A DNA stretch of 33,608 nt from Terriglobales bacterium (GTDB lineage Bacteria; Acidobacteriota; Terriglobia; Terriglobales; SCQP01). The translations under genes were made by a program, and so were the position numbers. Below, in pieces: positions 26,259 through 33,608 of the stretch (the first letter of the stretch is position 1; each line of letters begins with the position of its first letter). Location: assembly GCA_050745525.1 (NCBI GenBank), contig JBOGKL010000312.1:1-33608 (forward strand). The letters are read 5' to 3'. A model generated the notes under the pieces. It was not told the origin of the DNA, did not search any database, and saw only the letters and a list, made by a program, of their open reading frames with translations.

Positions 26259-27038
26259 TTATTTCGTTCCCGCTGCCCGCAGGCCGCCGATTTCCGCCGC
26301 CGTCAGCGGCCGCACCTTGCCCGGCTGCAGTGGGCCAATGGTCAGCTTCCCGATGGCGATGCGCTTGAGCTTCTCCGCCGGATGCCCCACCGCCTGAAAC
26401 ATTTTGCGGATCTGATGGTAGCGTCCCTCCACCAGCACGACCTCAAGCCAGGGATTGTCGTGTGAAGTCCGGTAAACGCCCGCCTGCTGGCGCTCGCGTC
26501 CGCTCGCGCCGGTCTCCCGCAGCCAGCGGATGCGCGCCGGCGCCGTCCGCCGCCCGTCAATGATCACTCCACGGCGCAGCCGTTCGAGTTGCTCCGCGCT
26601 TGGCCGTCCCGCGACTTTGACCCAGTAGGTTTTCGGCAGGGCCGTGCTGGCGTGCAAAACTTTATTCGCCAGCTCGCCGTCGTTGGTCAGCAGGATCAGG
26701 CCTTCGGAGTGAAAGTCCAGCCTTCCCACCGGGTATAGACGTTCTTGCACCCCGCGCAGCAGCCGCGTGTAATCGCGAATGCTCGGCCTCCCTTCCGGAT
26801 CCTTGAGCGTGCTCACCACGCCCTTGGGCTTATAGAACAGCAGGTAGCGCATCTGCTGCTCCCGCCGCAGCGGCCTACCCTTGACCGCGATCCGGTCCAC
26901 ATCCCAGTCGGCCTTGCTGCCCAATTCGGTGACGATGCGCCCGTTGACGCTCACCTGTCCCCTGCTGATCAGCGTTTCCGCCTGCCGGCGCGAGGCGTAG
27001 CCCGCCTGCGCGATCAGTTTCTGCAGTCGTTGTTCCAC
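26259..27038 (-). CDS. rluB: 23S rRNA pseudouridine synthase (RsuA/RluB family)
   Basis: S4 domain RLQKLIAQAGYASRRQAETLISRGQVSVNG and catalytic GRLDFHSEGLILLTNDGELANK. GTG start. Confidence 0.85.
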   Translation of the reverse strand: MEQRLQKLIAQAGYASRRQAETLISRGQVSVNGRIVTELGSKADWDVDRIAVKGRPLRREQQMRYLLFYKPKGVVSTLKDPEGRPSIRDYTRLLRGVQERLYPVGRLDFHSEGLILLTNDGELANKVLHASTALPKTYWVKVAGRPSAEQLERLRRGVIIDGRRTAPARIRWLRETGASGRERQQAGVYRTSHDNPWLEVVLVEGRYHQIRKMFQAVGHPAEKLKRIAIGKLTIGPLQPGKVRPLTAAEIGGLRAAGTK

Positions 27039-27059
27039 GCCTTAGGGTAGCAAACGCCG

Positions 27060-27500
27060 CTAACGGCCCTTCGGCGGCAGGATGTCAATGCTCACCGGTG
27101 TTAGCCCCTGCCCGGTGAAGTGAAGGGCGCGGGCAGCCCCGTAGCTCAGGTCAATGATGCGGCTAGCGGGTACCGGCCCCCGGTCGTTGATCTTGAGCAC
27201 GACGGCCAGGTGGTTTTCCAGGTTGGTGACGCGCACCCGGGTCCCCAACGGCAGCGTGCGATGGGCGGCTGTCATAGCCCACATATTGAACGGGTGGCCG
27301 CTGGTCGTGGTCTTGCCCTGAAAATACTGGCCATACCAGCTCGCAATGCCCACTTGGTAGGGCACCGGGGCCGGCAAAAGGGCCGTAGGAGGGCTAAAGT
27401 CTTCTACTGCCGGCGCCGATACACGATTAGGCGACTGCACGGCCAAGGGCGCGCTGGCGAGGGAAATCGAGAGGATTAGAAGAGCAAGTATGCGTCTCAT
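27060..27500 (-). CDS. rlpA: septal ring lytic transglycosylase RlpA family (DPBB domain) lipoprotein/secreted protein
   Basis: Signal peptide, GIASWYGQYFQGKTTTSGHPFNMWAMTAAHRTLPLGTRVRVTNLENHLAVVLKINDRGP. Confidence 0.85.
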   Translation of the reverse strand: MRRILALLILSISLASAPLAVQSPNRVSAPAVEDFSPPTALLPAPVPYQVGIASWYGQYFQGKTTTSGHPFNMWAMTAAHRTLPLGTRVRVTNLENHLAVVLKINDRGPVPASRIIDLSYGAARALHFTGQGLTPVSIDILPPKGR

Positions 27501-27607
27501 GCGAAAGGGGTGGGACTGGTCTGGTGTTCCGGGTACAGCTCTGGAGTAAACTCCTTTGGTTGGGATCCTTCCGGGGCGGCCAATGCGTCGCCCGTAGTGG
27601 AAGTAAG

Positions 27608-29176
27608 ATGCTTCCAGTATACCTTTGGTTGCCTAGAAAGTCCACGCAGCGCTTGCTTCTGTGCCTCGGCCTCCTGGTGGCGATTGCCTGGGCCATCCCG
27701 CCGGCTGCGCCCTCGCCGCCGCTAGCGCCGGTCGAGCGCGTTCTCCAGCGCCGGCTAGCAAAAATGCTGACCGCGCCGGATTTTCAGCATGGCTTTTGGG
27801 GCGTCTACGTCTACGACCTCAGCCGTCACCAGGTCTTGTTTGACCATAACGGCGAGCGCTGGTTTACGCCGGCCTCCAACGCCAAGCTGTTCACGCTGGC
27901 GACGGCGCTGTCGCTGCTCGGACCGAACTACAGGTTCCACACCGTGATCCAATCCACGGCCCCGCCTGATCAGGCCGGGGTCATCGCAGGGAACGTGTAT
28001 CTGGTCGGGGTCGGCGACCCCAGCCTGTCCGGGCGCAGCTACCCCTATCAGCCGGAGCCGCCCGAGCCGGAATTGCCCTACGATCCCGAGGCCATCCCGC
28101 TGCTGTTGGCGCGCAAGCTGGCCGCCAGCGGCATAACCCGCATTCAGGGCAACATTGTCGGCGACGACAGCTACTTCACCGATGATCCCTACCCGCAGGG
28201 TTGGGCCATTGGCGACATGATGTGGGACTACGGGGCGCCGGTCTCCGCGCTCACGCTGAACGACAACACGCGGTGGCTGCAGATCTTCCCTGCCTTTCAG
28301 CCCGGCCGACCGCCGCGGCTGGTCTGGTCGCCAGCGCTGCTGCCGCCCGTAGTGGAAAACGAGGGCCGCACAGGGGCGCCTGGAAGCGCGACGAGGGTGC
28401 ACTTGAACATTGATCCAGCCACCGGCGCCCTTCGCCTCACGGGCACCATCGCCCTGGACAGTCCCGGCGTGCTGGAGGCGCTGGCGGTGCGCCGTCCGGC
28501 GTTCTATGCGGCGCAACTGCTGCGCCATGCGCTCGAGGAGCAGGGCGTCGCAGTCGAGGGCAAGGCGGTGGCCTGTCACAGCAATTGCACCGAGGGCCAG
28601 CCGTACCAGCTCAGCGACTGGGAATCGCCGCCGCTTTCCGAGATAGAGCAAGCCACGGCCAAGGTGAGCCAGAACCTTGAAGCCGAGCTCATGCTGCGCG
28701 TTGTCGGCAAACTGCTAGGCAACAGCCTTGCCGCCGATGGCGGAAGCCCCGACCCGGAAACACGCGCCGGCGAAGCCGTCGTGGACGGCTTTCTGTTCCA
28801 GGCGGGCCTGAATGCCACCGACACCGTTCTGGTGGATGGCTCCGGGCTGTCGCGCACCGACCTGGTCACCCCCGCCGGCATCGTGCGCCTGCTGCGCTAC
28901 ATGTCGCAGAGTAAGCAGGCCCAAGCCTGGATGGCGCTGCTGCCCGTCGCCGGCGTGGACGGCACGCTCGAGCACCGCTTCCTGCACGAGGCCGCCACCG
29001 GGCGCATGCAGGCCAAGACCGGCTCGCTCAGCCACGTCAACTCGCTGAGCGGATATGTGCAGGCGCGCGAGGGCGACGAGTTGGTGTTTTCAATCCTCAG
29101 CAACAACGTCAATCGGCCCAGTTTCCAAGTGCGCCGCCAACTGGACGCAATTGCTGAAGTGCTGGCTGCGTGGTAA
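27608..29176 (+). CDS. dacB: D-alanyl-D-alanine carboxypeptidase/endopeptidase (PBP4, peptidase S13)
   Basis: Signal peptide after the ATG at 27608. SxxK (PASNAKLFT), SGLSRTD, AKTGSLSHVNSLSGY (KTG). The track start at 27524 is possible but leaves only 23 nt to rlpA. Confidence 0.85.
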   Translation: MLPVYLWLPRKSTQRLLLCLGLLVAIAWAIPPAAPSPPLAPVERVLQRRLAKMLTAPDFQHGFWGVYVYDLSRHQVLFDHNGERWFTPASNAKLFTLATALSLLGPNYRFHTVIQSTAPPDQAGVIAGNVYLVGVGDPSLSGRSYPYQPEPPEPELPYDPEAIPLLLARKLAASGITRIQGNIVGDDSYFTDDPYPQGWAIGDMMWDYGAPVSALTLNDNTRWLQIFPAFQPGRPPRLVWSPALLPPVVENEGRTGAPGSATRVHLNIDPATGALRLTGTIALDSPGVLEALAVRRPAFYAAQLLRHALEEQGVAVEGKAVACHSNCTEGQPYQLSDWESPPLSEIEQATAKVSQNLEAELMLRVVGKLLGNSLAADGGSPDPETRAGEAVVDGFLFQAGLNATDTVLVDGSGLSRTDLVTPAGIVRLLRYMSQSKQAQAWMALLPVAGVDGTLEHRFLHEAATGRMQAKTGSLSHVNSLSGYVQAREGDELVFSILSNNVNRPSFQVRRQLDAIAEVLAAW

Positions 29177-29197
29177 ACGCGAAGCATCTAACTCTTC

Positions 29198-30367
29198 ATG
29201 AAGCGGCGGCACGCGGGCGCCTGGGTCGCATTCGGGGCGGCCGCCATGGTGGGGGTGGTGCTGCCTCTGCTGGACTGCTGGCGCTTGGCCGGTGAAGTCT
29301 CGCATCCGCCTCACGACAAGACGTTTGATCTGACCGTGCTGGGCGTGCAACCCGGCGCGGTAACGCTCCTTGCGACGCCGCAGACGCGCCAGCGGGGTAC
29401 CTACGGACTGCAGTGGCAACGCGCCGAGGGTGGGCCCGTCGGCTCGGGTGTGTTGGGCGAGGTGCTCGCTTCCGACGCCGGCACCGTGACCCGGCGCTGC
29501 GCAGCGCAGAGGATGCCCAGTCCGGGCGATCGGGCGCGCTGGTTGGTCGAGGTTTGGGACACGAACCCAAAGGCGGCTTTGGGTCTCGACTACAGCGAAG
29601 TTCACTATCCGGGTCCCCTGGGTCTTATGCCGGCCTGGTTGGTTCCCGCCTCGCGCCCGACCTGGGTCATTCAGGTCCACGGCCGCGGCGGAGGCCGTTC
29701 CGAAGGGCTGCGCGCCATGCCGACGCTGCACGCGCTCGGTTACCCGATCCTCGACATCGGCTATCGCAATGGCGAAGATGCTCCGCCCAGCCCCGATGGA
29801 TGCGGCCATTTTGGCGACACCGAATGGCTGGACCTGGAAGCGGCCGTGACCTACGCCCTGCACGAGGGCGCCTCGAGCGTGATCTTGTTCGGCATCTCCC
29901 AGGGCGGTGGTATCGTCGAGACCTTTCTGCATCGCAGCCATCACGCCGCCTCCGTCAAGGCCGTCATCTTGGACGCCCCGGCGCTGGACTGGTCCGCCAT
30001 TTTTAATTTCCTGGCGCACGAGGCCGGCTATCCCCGGCTACTGGCGCAAGGGGTACTGAGGATGCTGTGCCTGCGCAGCGGCACCCACCTCCGCCGCATG
30101 AATGCCCTGACCGCCACGCGCCGCACCGGCGGTCCTGCGCAGCCCGTGCTATTGCTGCATGGCACCGCGGATACCACCGTCCCCTTTGCCGTCAGCGCCC
30201 GCTTCGCGAGCGAATGGCCGCGGCGGGTGTCGCTGGTCGCGGTCGAGGGCGCCGGGCACGACGAGACCTGGAACGTGGACCCGCAACGCTACGAGCGCGC
30301 CTTGTCCAGCTTTCTCGCCCGCTACGCAACTTCGACAGTCTCGCAAGATTCTGTCACACAAAAATGA
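29198..30367 (+). CDS. membrane-anchored alpha/beta hydrolase
   Basis: N-terminal TM, VIQVHGRGGG, nucleophile elbow GISQGG, LLLHGTADTTVPF, GAGHDETW. Confidence 0.75.
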   Translation: MKRRHAGAWVAFGAAAMVGVVLPLLDCWRLAGEVSHPPHDKTFDLTVLGVQPGAVTLLATPQTRQRGTYGLQWQRAEGGPVGSGVLGEVLASDAGTVTRRCAAQRMPSPGDRARWLVEVWDTNPKAALGLDYSEVHYPGPLGLMPAWLVPASRPTWVIQVHGRGGGRSEGLRAMPTLHALGYPILDIGYRNGEDAPPSPDGCGHFGDTEWLDLEAAVTYALHEGASSVILFGISQGGGIVETFLHRSHHAASVKAVILDAPALDWSAIFNFLAHEAGYPRLLAQGVLRMLCLRSGTHLRRMNALTATRRTGGPAQPVLLLHGTADTTVPFAVSARFASEWPRRVSLVAVEGAGHDETWNVDPQRYERALSSFLARYATSTVSQDSVTQK

Positions 30368-30592
30368 TTGGCCGTCCGGCCGACCTTTCCCCGGCATCCT
30401 GCGTCCAACCTATACGTAGACACAATTGGCCGGGGTTCCACTCGGCTCCGGCCCGGGCAGCCCGCCGGGCCTCGAGGGTGCGCACAGCCGCTGTCACTCG
30501 GTACGTGTGCCAAACCATAATGACTACCGCTGCATTGGCCCACGGCTTCGGCACGGACACACTTCTGGCGTTTGCGGGCGCGCAAAAACCAA

Positions 30593-30856
30593 TACGCGGG
30601 GGGCGCGCCGTTGGCGCTGCGGGCCAAGCCGGCGCGAGAAGGCCGCGCAACTCGGGACGGCGGCCCGCCCCCGGCCCTCGAAGCGGCGCGGTCCCCGCGT
30701 GGCGCAGCCGCGGCGAGCACAAGCGGGAAGCGCGGCGGCGAAGGCGCCAGTGGCACCTTACGCGCGCAGGGGCCCGCGCCCGTCACTGCCGCCCTGCGCA
30801 GCCCGCCCGGCCTTGCCGCCTACGCGCGGGGGGGCGCGGGTTGCCCCAATCAATGC
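30593..30856 (-). repeat. repeat-family copy C1 (probable reverse orientation relative to copies A/B)
   Basis: tacgcggggggcgcgccgttggcgctgcgggcc resembles the reverse complement of module 3 of copy B (about 27/34 by eye). The end ggttgccccaatcaatgcc resembles the reverse complement of gttgattggcgcgggg. Confidence 0.45.
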
Positions 30857-31018
30857 CGGAATCCACTTCCCCTCCCGTGTCTCAACCCGACCCCAGTGGA
30901 ATCAATCAGTTGGGGTCATCTATTGCCCTAAAAAGCAGTTTCCTCGCAGCGAGCGCGAGCGGGGCCGGCGCGCTGCAAACGGTTGCCCCGATCAAACAGC
31001 CAGGGACGATCGCCGAGC

Positions 31019-31140
31019 CAGACGCGGGGGTCGCGCCGAAGGCACTGCGGGCCAAGCCGGCGCGAGGAGGCCGCGAAATTCGGGACGGCGGCCTGGCCCC
31101 ACCGTGGTGCAGCTGCGCCGGGGCCCGCGCCCTTCAATGG
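31019..31140 (-). repeat. repeat-family copy C2 (partial, tandem to C1)
   Basis: 49-bp core 31044..31092 matches 30617..30665 at about 46/49. The flanks (acgcggggg..cgcgcc; ggggcccgcgccc) are also shared with C1. Spacing is ~427 bp. Confidence 0.45.
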
Positions 31141-31268
31141 TGCGGATGCTGCAGCACCGCGTCCGCCAAGACCGCCCATGGCAGACGCATGGCTCGAGTC
31201 ACGGGTCAGAGTGTACGCGGCGAATCACTACAGGACAAATCGTGGAGTATGATCGGCATTACGCTGCC

Positions 31269-32480
31269 ATGCTCCCCGGCACGAAACTCGGGCCTTATGA
31301 GATCGTCGCGCCGCTGGGCGCGGGCGGCATGGGCGAGGTCTACCGCGCGCACGACAGCCGCCTGAATCGCGACGTGGCCATCAAGATTCTGCCTGCCGGC
31401 GTGGCCGGCGTGGCCGAGCGGAGGCGGCGGTTCGAGACCGAAGCGCGCTCGGCCGGACAGCTCAGCCATCCCAACATCCTCGCGGTGCATGATTTTGGCG
31501 TCAGCGACGGCGTGCCGTATCTGGTGGCCGAGTTGCTCGAGGGGGAGACGCTGCGCTCGCGCCTGACGCCGGCCGTCGCCTTGCCGCCACGCCGCGCGGT
31601 CGAGATTGCCGTTCAGGTGGCGCGCGGCCTGGCCGCGGCGCACGCCAGGGGGATCATACATCGCGATCTCAAACCGGAAAACATTTTTCTCACGCGCGAG
31701 GGCCAGGTCAAAATTCTGGACTTCGGCCTGGCCAGGATCGCGGCCGCGGTCAGCGACGAGGCGGTTACCGTGGCCGCGCCGGAAGGGACCAGCGCCGGGC
31801 AGGTGCTGGGCACCGCCGGCTACATGTCGCCGGAGCAGGTGCGTGGCCTGGCCGCCGACGCACGTTCGGACTTGTTCGCCTCCGGCGCCGTACTGTATGA
31901 AATGCTGGCCGGGCGCCGCGCGTTTCAGCGCGACACCGCCGCGGAGACCATGACGGCAGTGCTGAAGGAGGAACCGGCGGCGCTGACGCCCGCCGGCGGC
32001 GGACTCGACCCCGCTTTGCAGCGCGTCGTGGACCATTGCCTGGAGAAGGACCCGGCGGCGCGCTTCCAATCCGCGCGCGACCTGGAGTTCGCCTTGGCTG
32101 CGCTCACCGGCGGTTCCTCGACCCGCGCGCAAGCTGGCCGCAACTGGCCCGCGCCGCCCGGCCGCGGCCGTCTGCTTCCGGCCCTGACCGGGCTGGCGGG
32201 CCTGATCGCCGGCGCCGTGGCTGTCTATTTCCTGGCGCGTCCGGCGCCACGGCGGCGCTGGCACTTCACGGCCGTCACCAGCTACGCCGGTGTACAGGCA
32301 CAGCCCGTGTTCTCGCCCGATGGCCGCTCGGTGGCGTTCACCTCCAACCAGGACGGGCACTACAACATCTACGTCGCGCTGATCGGTGGCGGCTCGCCGG
32401 CCGAGATCACGCGTGGGCCGAATGCGAAGGTGCATCCGGCCTGTCACCTGACGGCGCCACGCTTGCCTACGCGCGTCTGA
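31269..32480 (+). CDS. Ser/Thr protein kinase, TM segment and first PD40 repeat (5' part of a frameshifted kinase-TolB-like gene)
   Basis: GAGGMGEVYRA...AIK, HRDLKPEN, DFG, GTAGYMSPE, TM LLPALTGLAGLIAGAVAVYFLA, then FSPDGRSVAFTS. An alternative GTG start at 31242 has an AGGA SD. The frame ends at a TGA at 32478-32480 right after a disrupted PD40 motif. Confidence 0.85.
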   Translation: MLPGTKLGPYEIVAPLGAGGMGEVYRAHDSRLNRDVAIKILPAGVAGVAERRRRFETEARSAGQLSHPNILAVHDFGVSDGVPYLVAELLEGETLRSRLTPAVALPPRRAVEIAVQVARGLAAAHARGIIHRDLKPENIFLTREGQVKILDFGLARIAAAVSDEAVTVAAPEGTSAGQVLGTAGYMSPEQVRGLAADARSDLFASGAVLYEMLAGRRAFQRDTAAETMTAVLKEEPAALTPAGGGLDPALQRVVDHCLEKDPAARFQSARDLEFALAALTGGSSTRAQAGRNWPAPPGRGRLLPALTGLAGLIAGAVAVYFLARPAPRRRWHFTAVTSYAGVQAQPVFSPDGRSVAFTSNQDGHYNIYVALIGGGSPAEITRGPNAKVHPACHLTAPRLPTRV

Positions 32481-33608
32481 ACGGGAGCATGCATTGGGAC
32501 GTCTGGGAAATTCTGGCGCTGGGCGGCACACCGCGGCGCGTCGTGCCTGATGCCGCCGACCCCGGTTTCACGCGCAGCGGCGACCTGGTGTATGAGCACG
32601 CCGGCGCGGTGTGGGAGGCCAGCGCCGCGGGAGAAAATCCGCGTCAGATTGTCGCCCTTCCGTCCGGCGACTCCTTCGAACTGGATCCCCGCGTGTCTCC
32701 CGACGGACGTTTCGTCGCCTTTTCGCTCGAGACCGACATTGGAGGCCCCTATCGCGACCTGGCGGTGGCCGACCTGGCGACCGGCCATCTCCGGCGGCTG
32801 ACCACAACCGGGCTGGCCACCTCGCCCGCTTGGGAGCCCGATGGCCGCTCGCTCTATTTCGGCTATAACGGCGCTGGGGCGGTCAACATTTGGCGGGTGG
32901 ACGTCAGTGGTTCCGGTCTGCGGCAGGTTACCTCGGGCGAAGGTGATGTCGCCGCTCTGGATGTCTCCGCCGACGGAAAGCGCATCATCTTCGACACGGT
33001 TCACTCGGGGCTGGGCTTCGGGGAGGTCAACCTGCAAGCCCCGCTGAACCAGCAGTCCGTGCGGGTGCTGCATGTGGACCCGGCGCGCTGGCTCTGGGGC
33101 CCGGAATATTCGCCCGATGGCAAGCGCCTGGCGTACTTCACGGCTCTGAAGGGCGTGATCAGCGAGGGCATCGGCGTCGCCAACGCGGACGGGTCCGGCG
33201 CGGTACCGCTGGTCGAGGACGGGCGGGAAGATATCTTCCCGCAGTGGAGCGCCGATGGCCAGAGCCTGGTCTTCGAGTCCATCCATCCGCGCGAGATACG
33301 CGAAGTGCCGGTGGCGGGCGGATCGCCGCGCACCCTGTATCGGCCGCCCGCGCAGTCCGGTTATTACACCTCGGTCGGGCGCGATGGGCGGATACTTTTT
33401 ATGGAACCAGCGGCCGGCGGCGCCAGGCTCGAAGCCCTGAATCCGCGCACCGGGAACACACAGGACCTGGCCACGCTCGCGACCGGGTTTGGGGCGGAGC
33501 TGTGCTGGTCGCCGGATCAGCGGCAGGTAGCTGACGAGACGCCGGCGGGGATTGCGTTGACCGATTTCCACGGGCCGGCGCGGCAAATCTTGGCCGGCCG
33601 CGCCGGCC
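32432..33608 (+). CDS. TolB-like PD40 beta-propeller repeats (3' continuation of the kinase gene in another frame; runs off the window)
   Basis: My own translation of the frame starting at 32432 gives ASGLSPDGATLAYARL...VSPDGRFVAFS...WEPDGRSLYF...VSADGKRIIF...YSPDGKRLAYF...WSADGQSLVFES..., with no stop up to 33608. The first in-frame ATG is at 32489. Confidence 0.8.

Noticed and set aside
30853-31365. Possible small protein starting at the ATG at 30853 (MPESTSPPVSQPDPSGINQLGSSIALKSSF...) inside the 900-bp gap. The overlapping ORFs 30067..31365, 30322..30786, 30572..30931 and 30983..31252 were considered with it.
   Set aside because: Third-codon-position G+C in the first ~60 codons is clearly lower than in the confident genes. 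There is no SD. The frame runs through repeat units into Arg/Cys-rich text and overlaps the kinase start out of frame. It remains only a caveat under the non-coding-region finding.
32444-33586. 380-aa minus-strand ORF covering the end of the window.
   Set aside because: It is Arg/Pro/Gly-rich with no motifs. The plus strand in the same interval translates into clean PD40/TolB-like repeats (SPDG...AF, WSADGQSLVF) that continue the kinase gene.

Overview
Visibly GC-rich (roughly two-thirds G+C by eye), densely packed bacterial chromosomal DNA. The gene content suggests an Acidobacteria-like genome (inference): a Ser/Thr kinase fused to a TolB/PD40 propeller, a GldA/F/G-like ABC module with DUF4340, a YXWGXW-repeat protein, and GlgE with OtsAB. 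I support about 31 protein genes, almost all housekeeping or envelope functions. From left to right on the minus strand: prmC, mtnA, pyrE, a CPBP protease, an SDR epimerase and uvrA. Then on the plus strand: UDP-glucuronate decarboxylase, a four-gene ABC/GldG/DUF4340 module and a YXWGXW secreted protein. Next come divergent glgE and otsA-otsB, followed by a B12-binding radical SAM gene with a PRX-like thioredoxin-fold gene. A seven-gene minus-strand haem/oxidase-biogenesis cluster follows: CoA-binding, HemJ-like, COX2-TM-like microprotein, ctaB, DUF420, a small OMP and cytochrome c. The window ends with a beta-lactamase-family hydrolase, rluB, rlpA, dacB, an alpha/beta hydrolase and the kinase. 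I found no rRNA, tRNA, CRISPR array, transposase, integrase, phage gene or recognisable defence system, and no convincing novel multi-gene system. The features most worth a second look are these. (1) A GC-rich, hairpin-rich interspersed repeat family with at least four intergenic copies, including an ~900 bp gene-free stretch (30368..31268) built from tandem degenerate copies. (2) A single-base frameshift splitting the kinase/PD40 gene. (3) A 125-nt out-of-frame overlap between otsA and otsB that could be a disrupted fusion. (4) A 63-aa stand-alone protein resembling only the transmembrane hairpin of cytochrome oxidase subunit II, inside a haem cluster with no oxidase structural genes. (5) An uncharacterised B12-radical-SAM/PRX-like gene pair. 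All homology calls are by eye from motifs; no database search was run.
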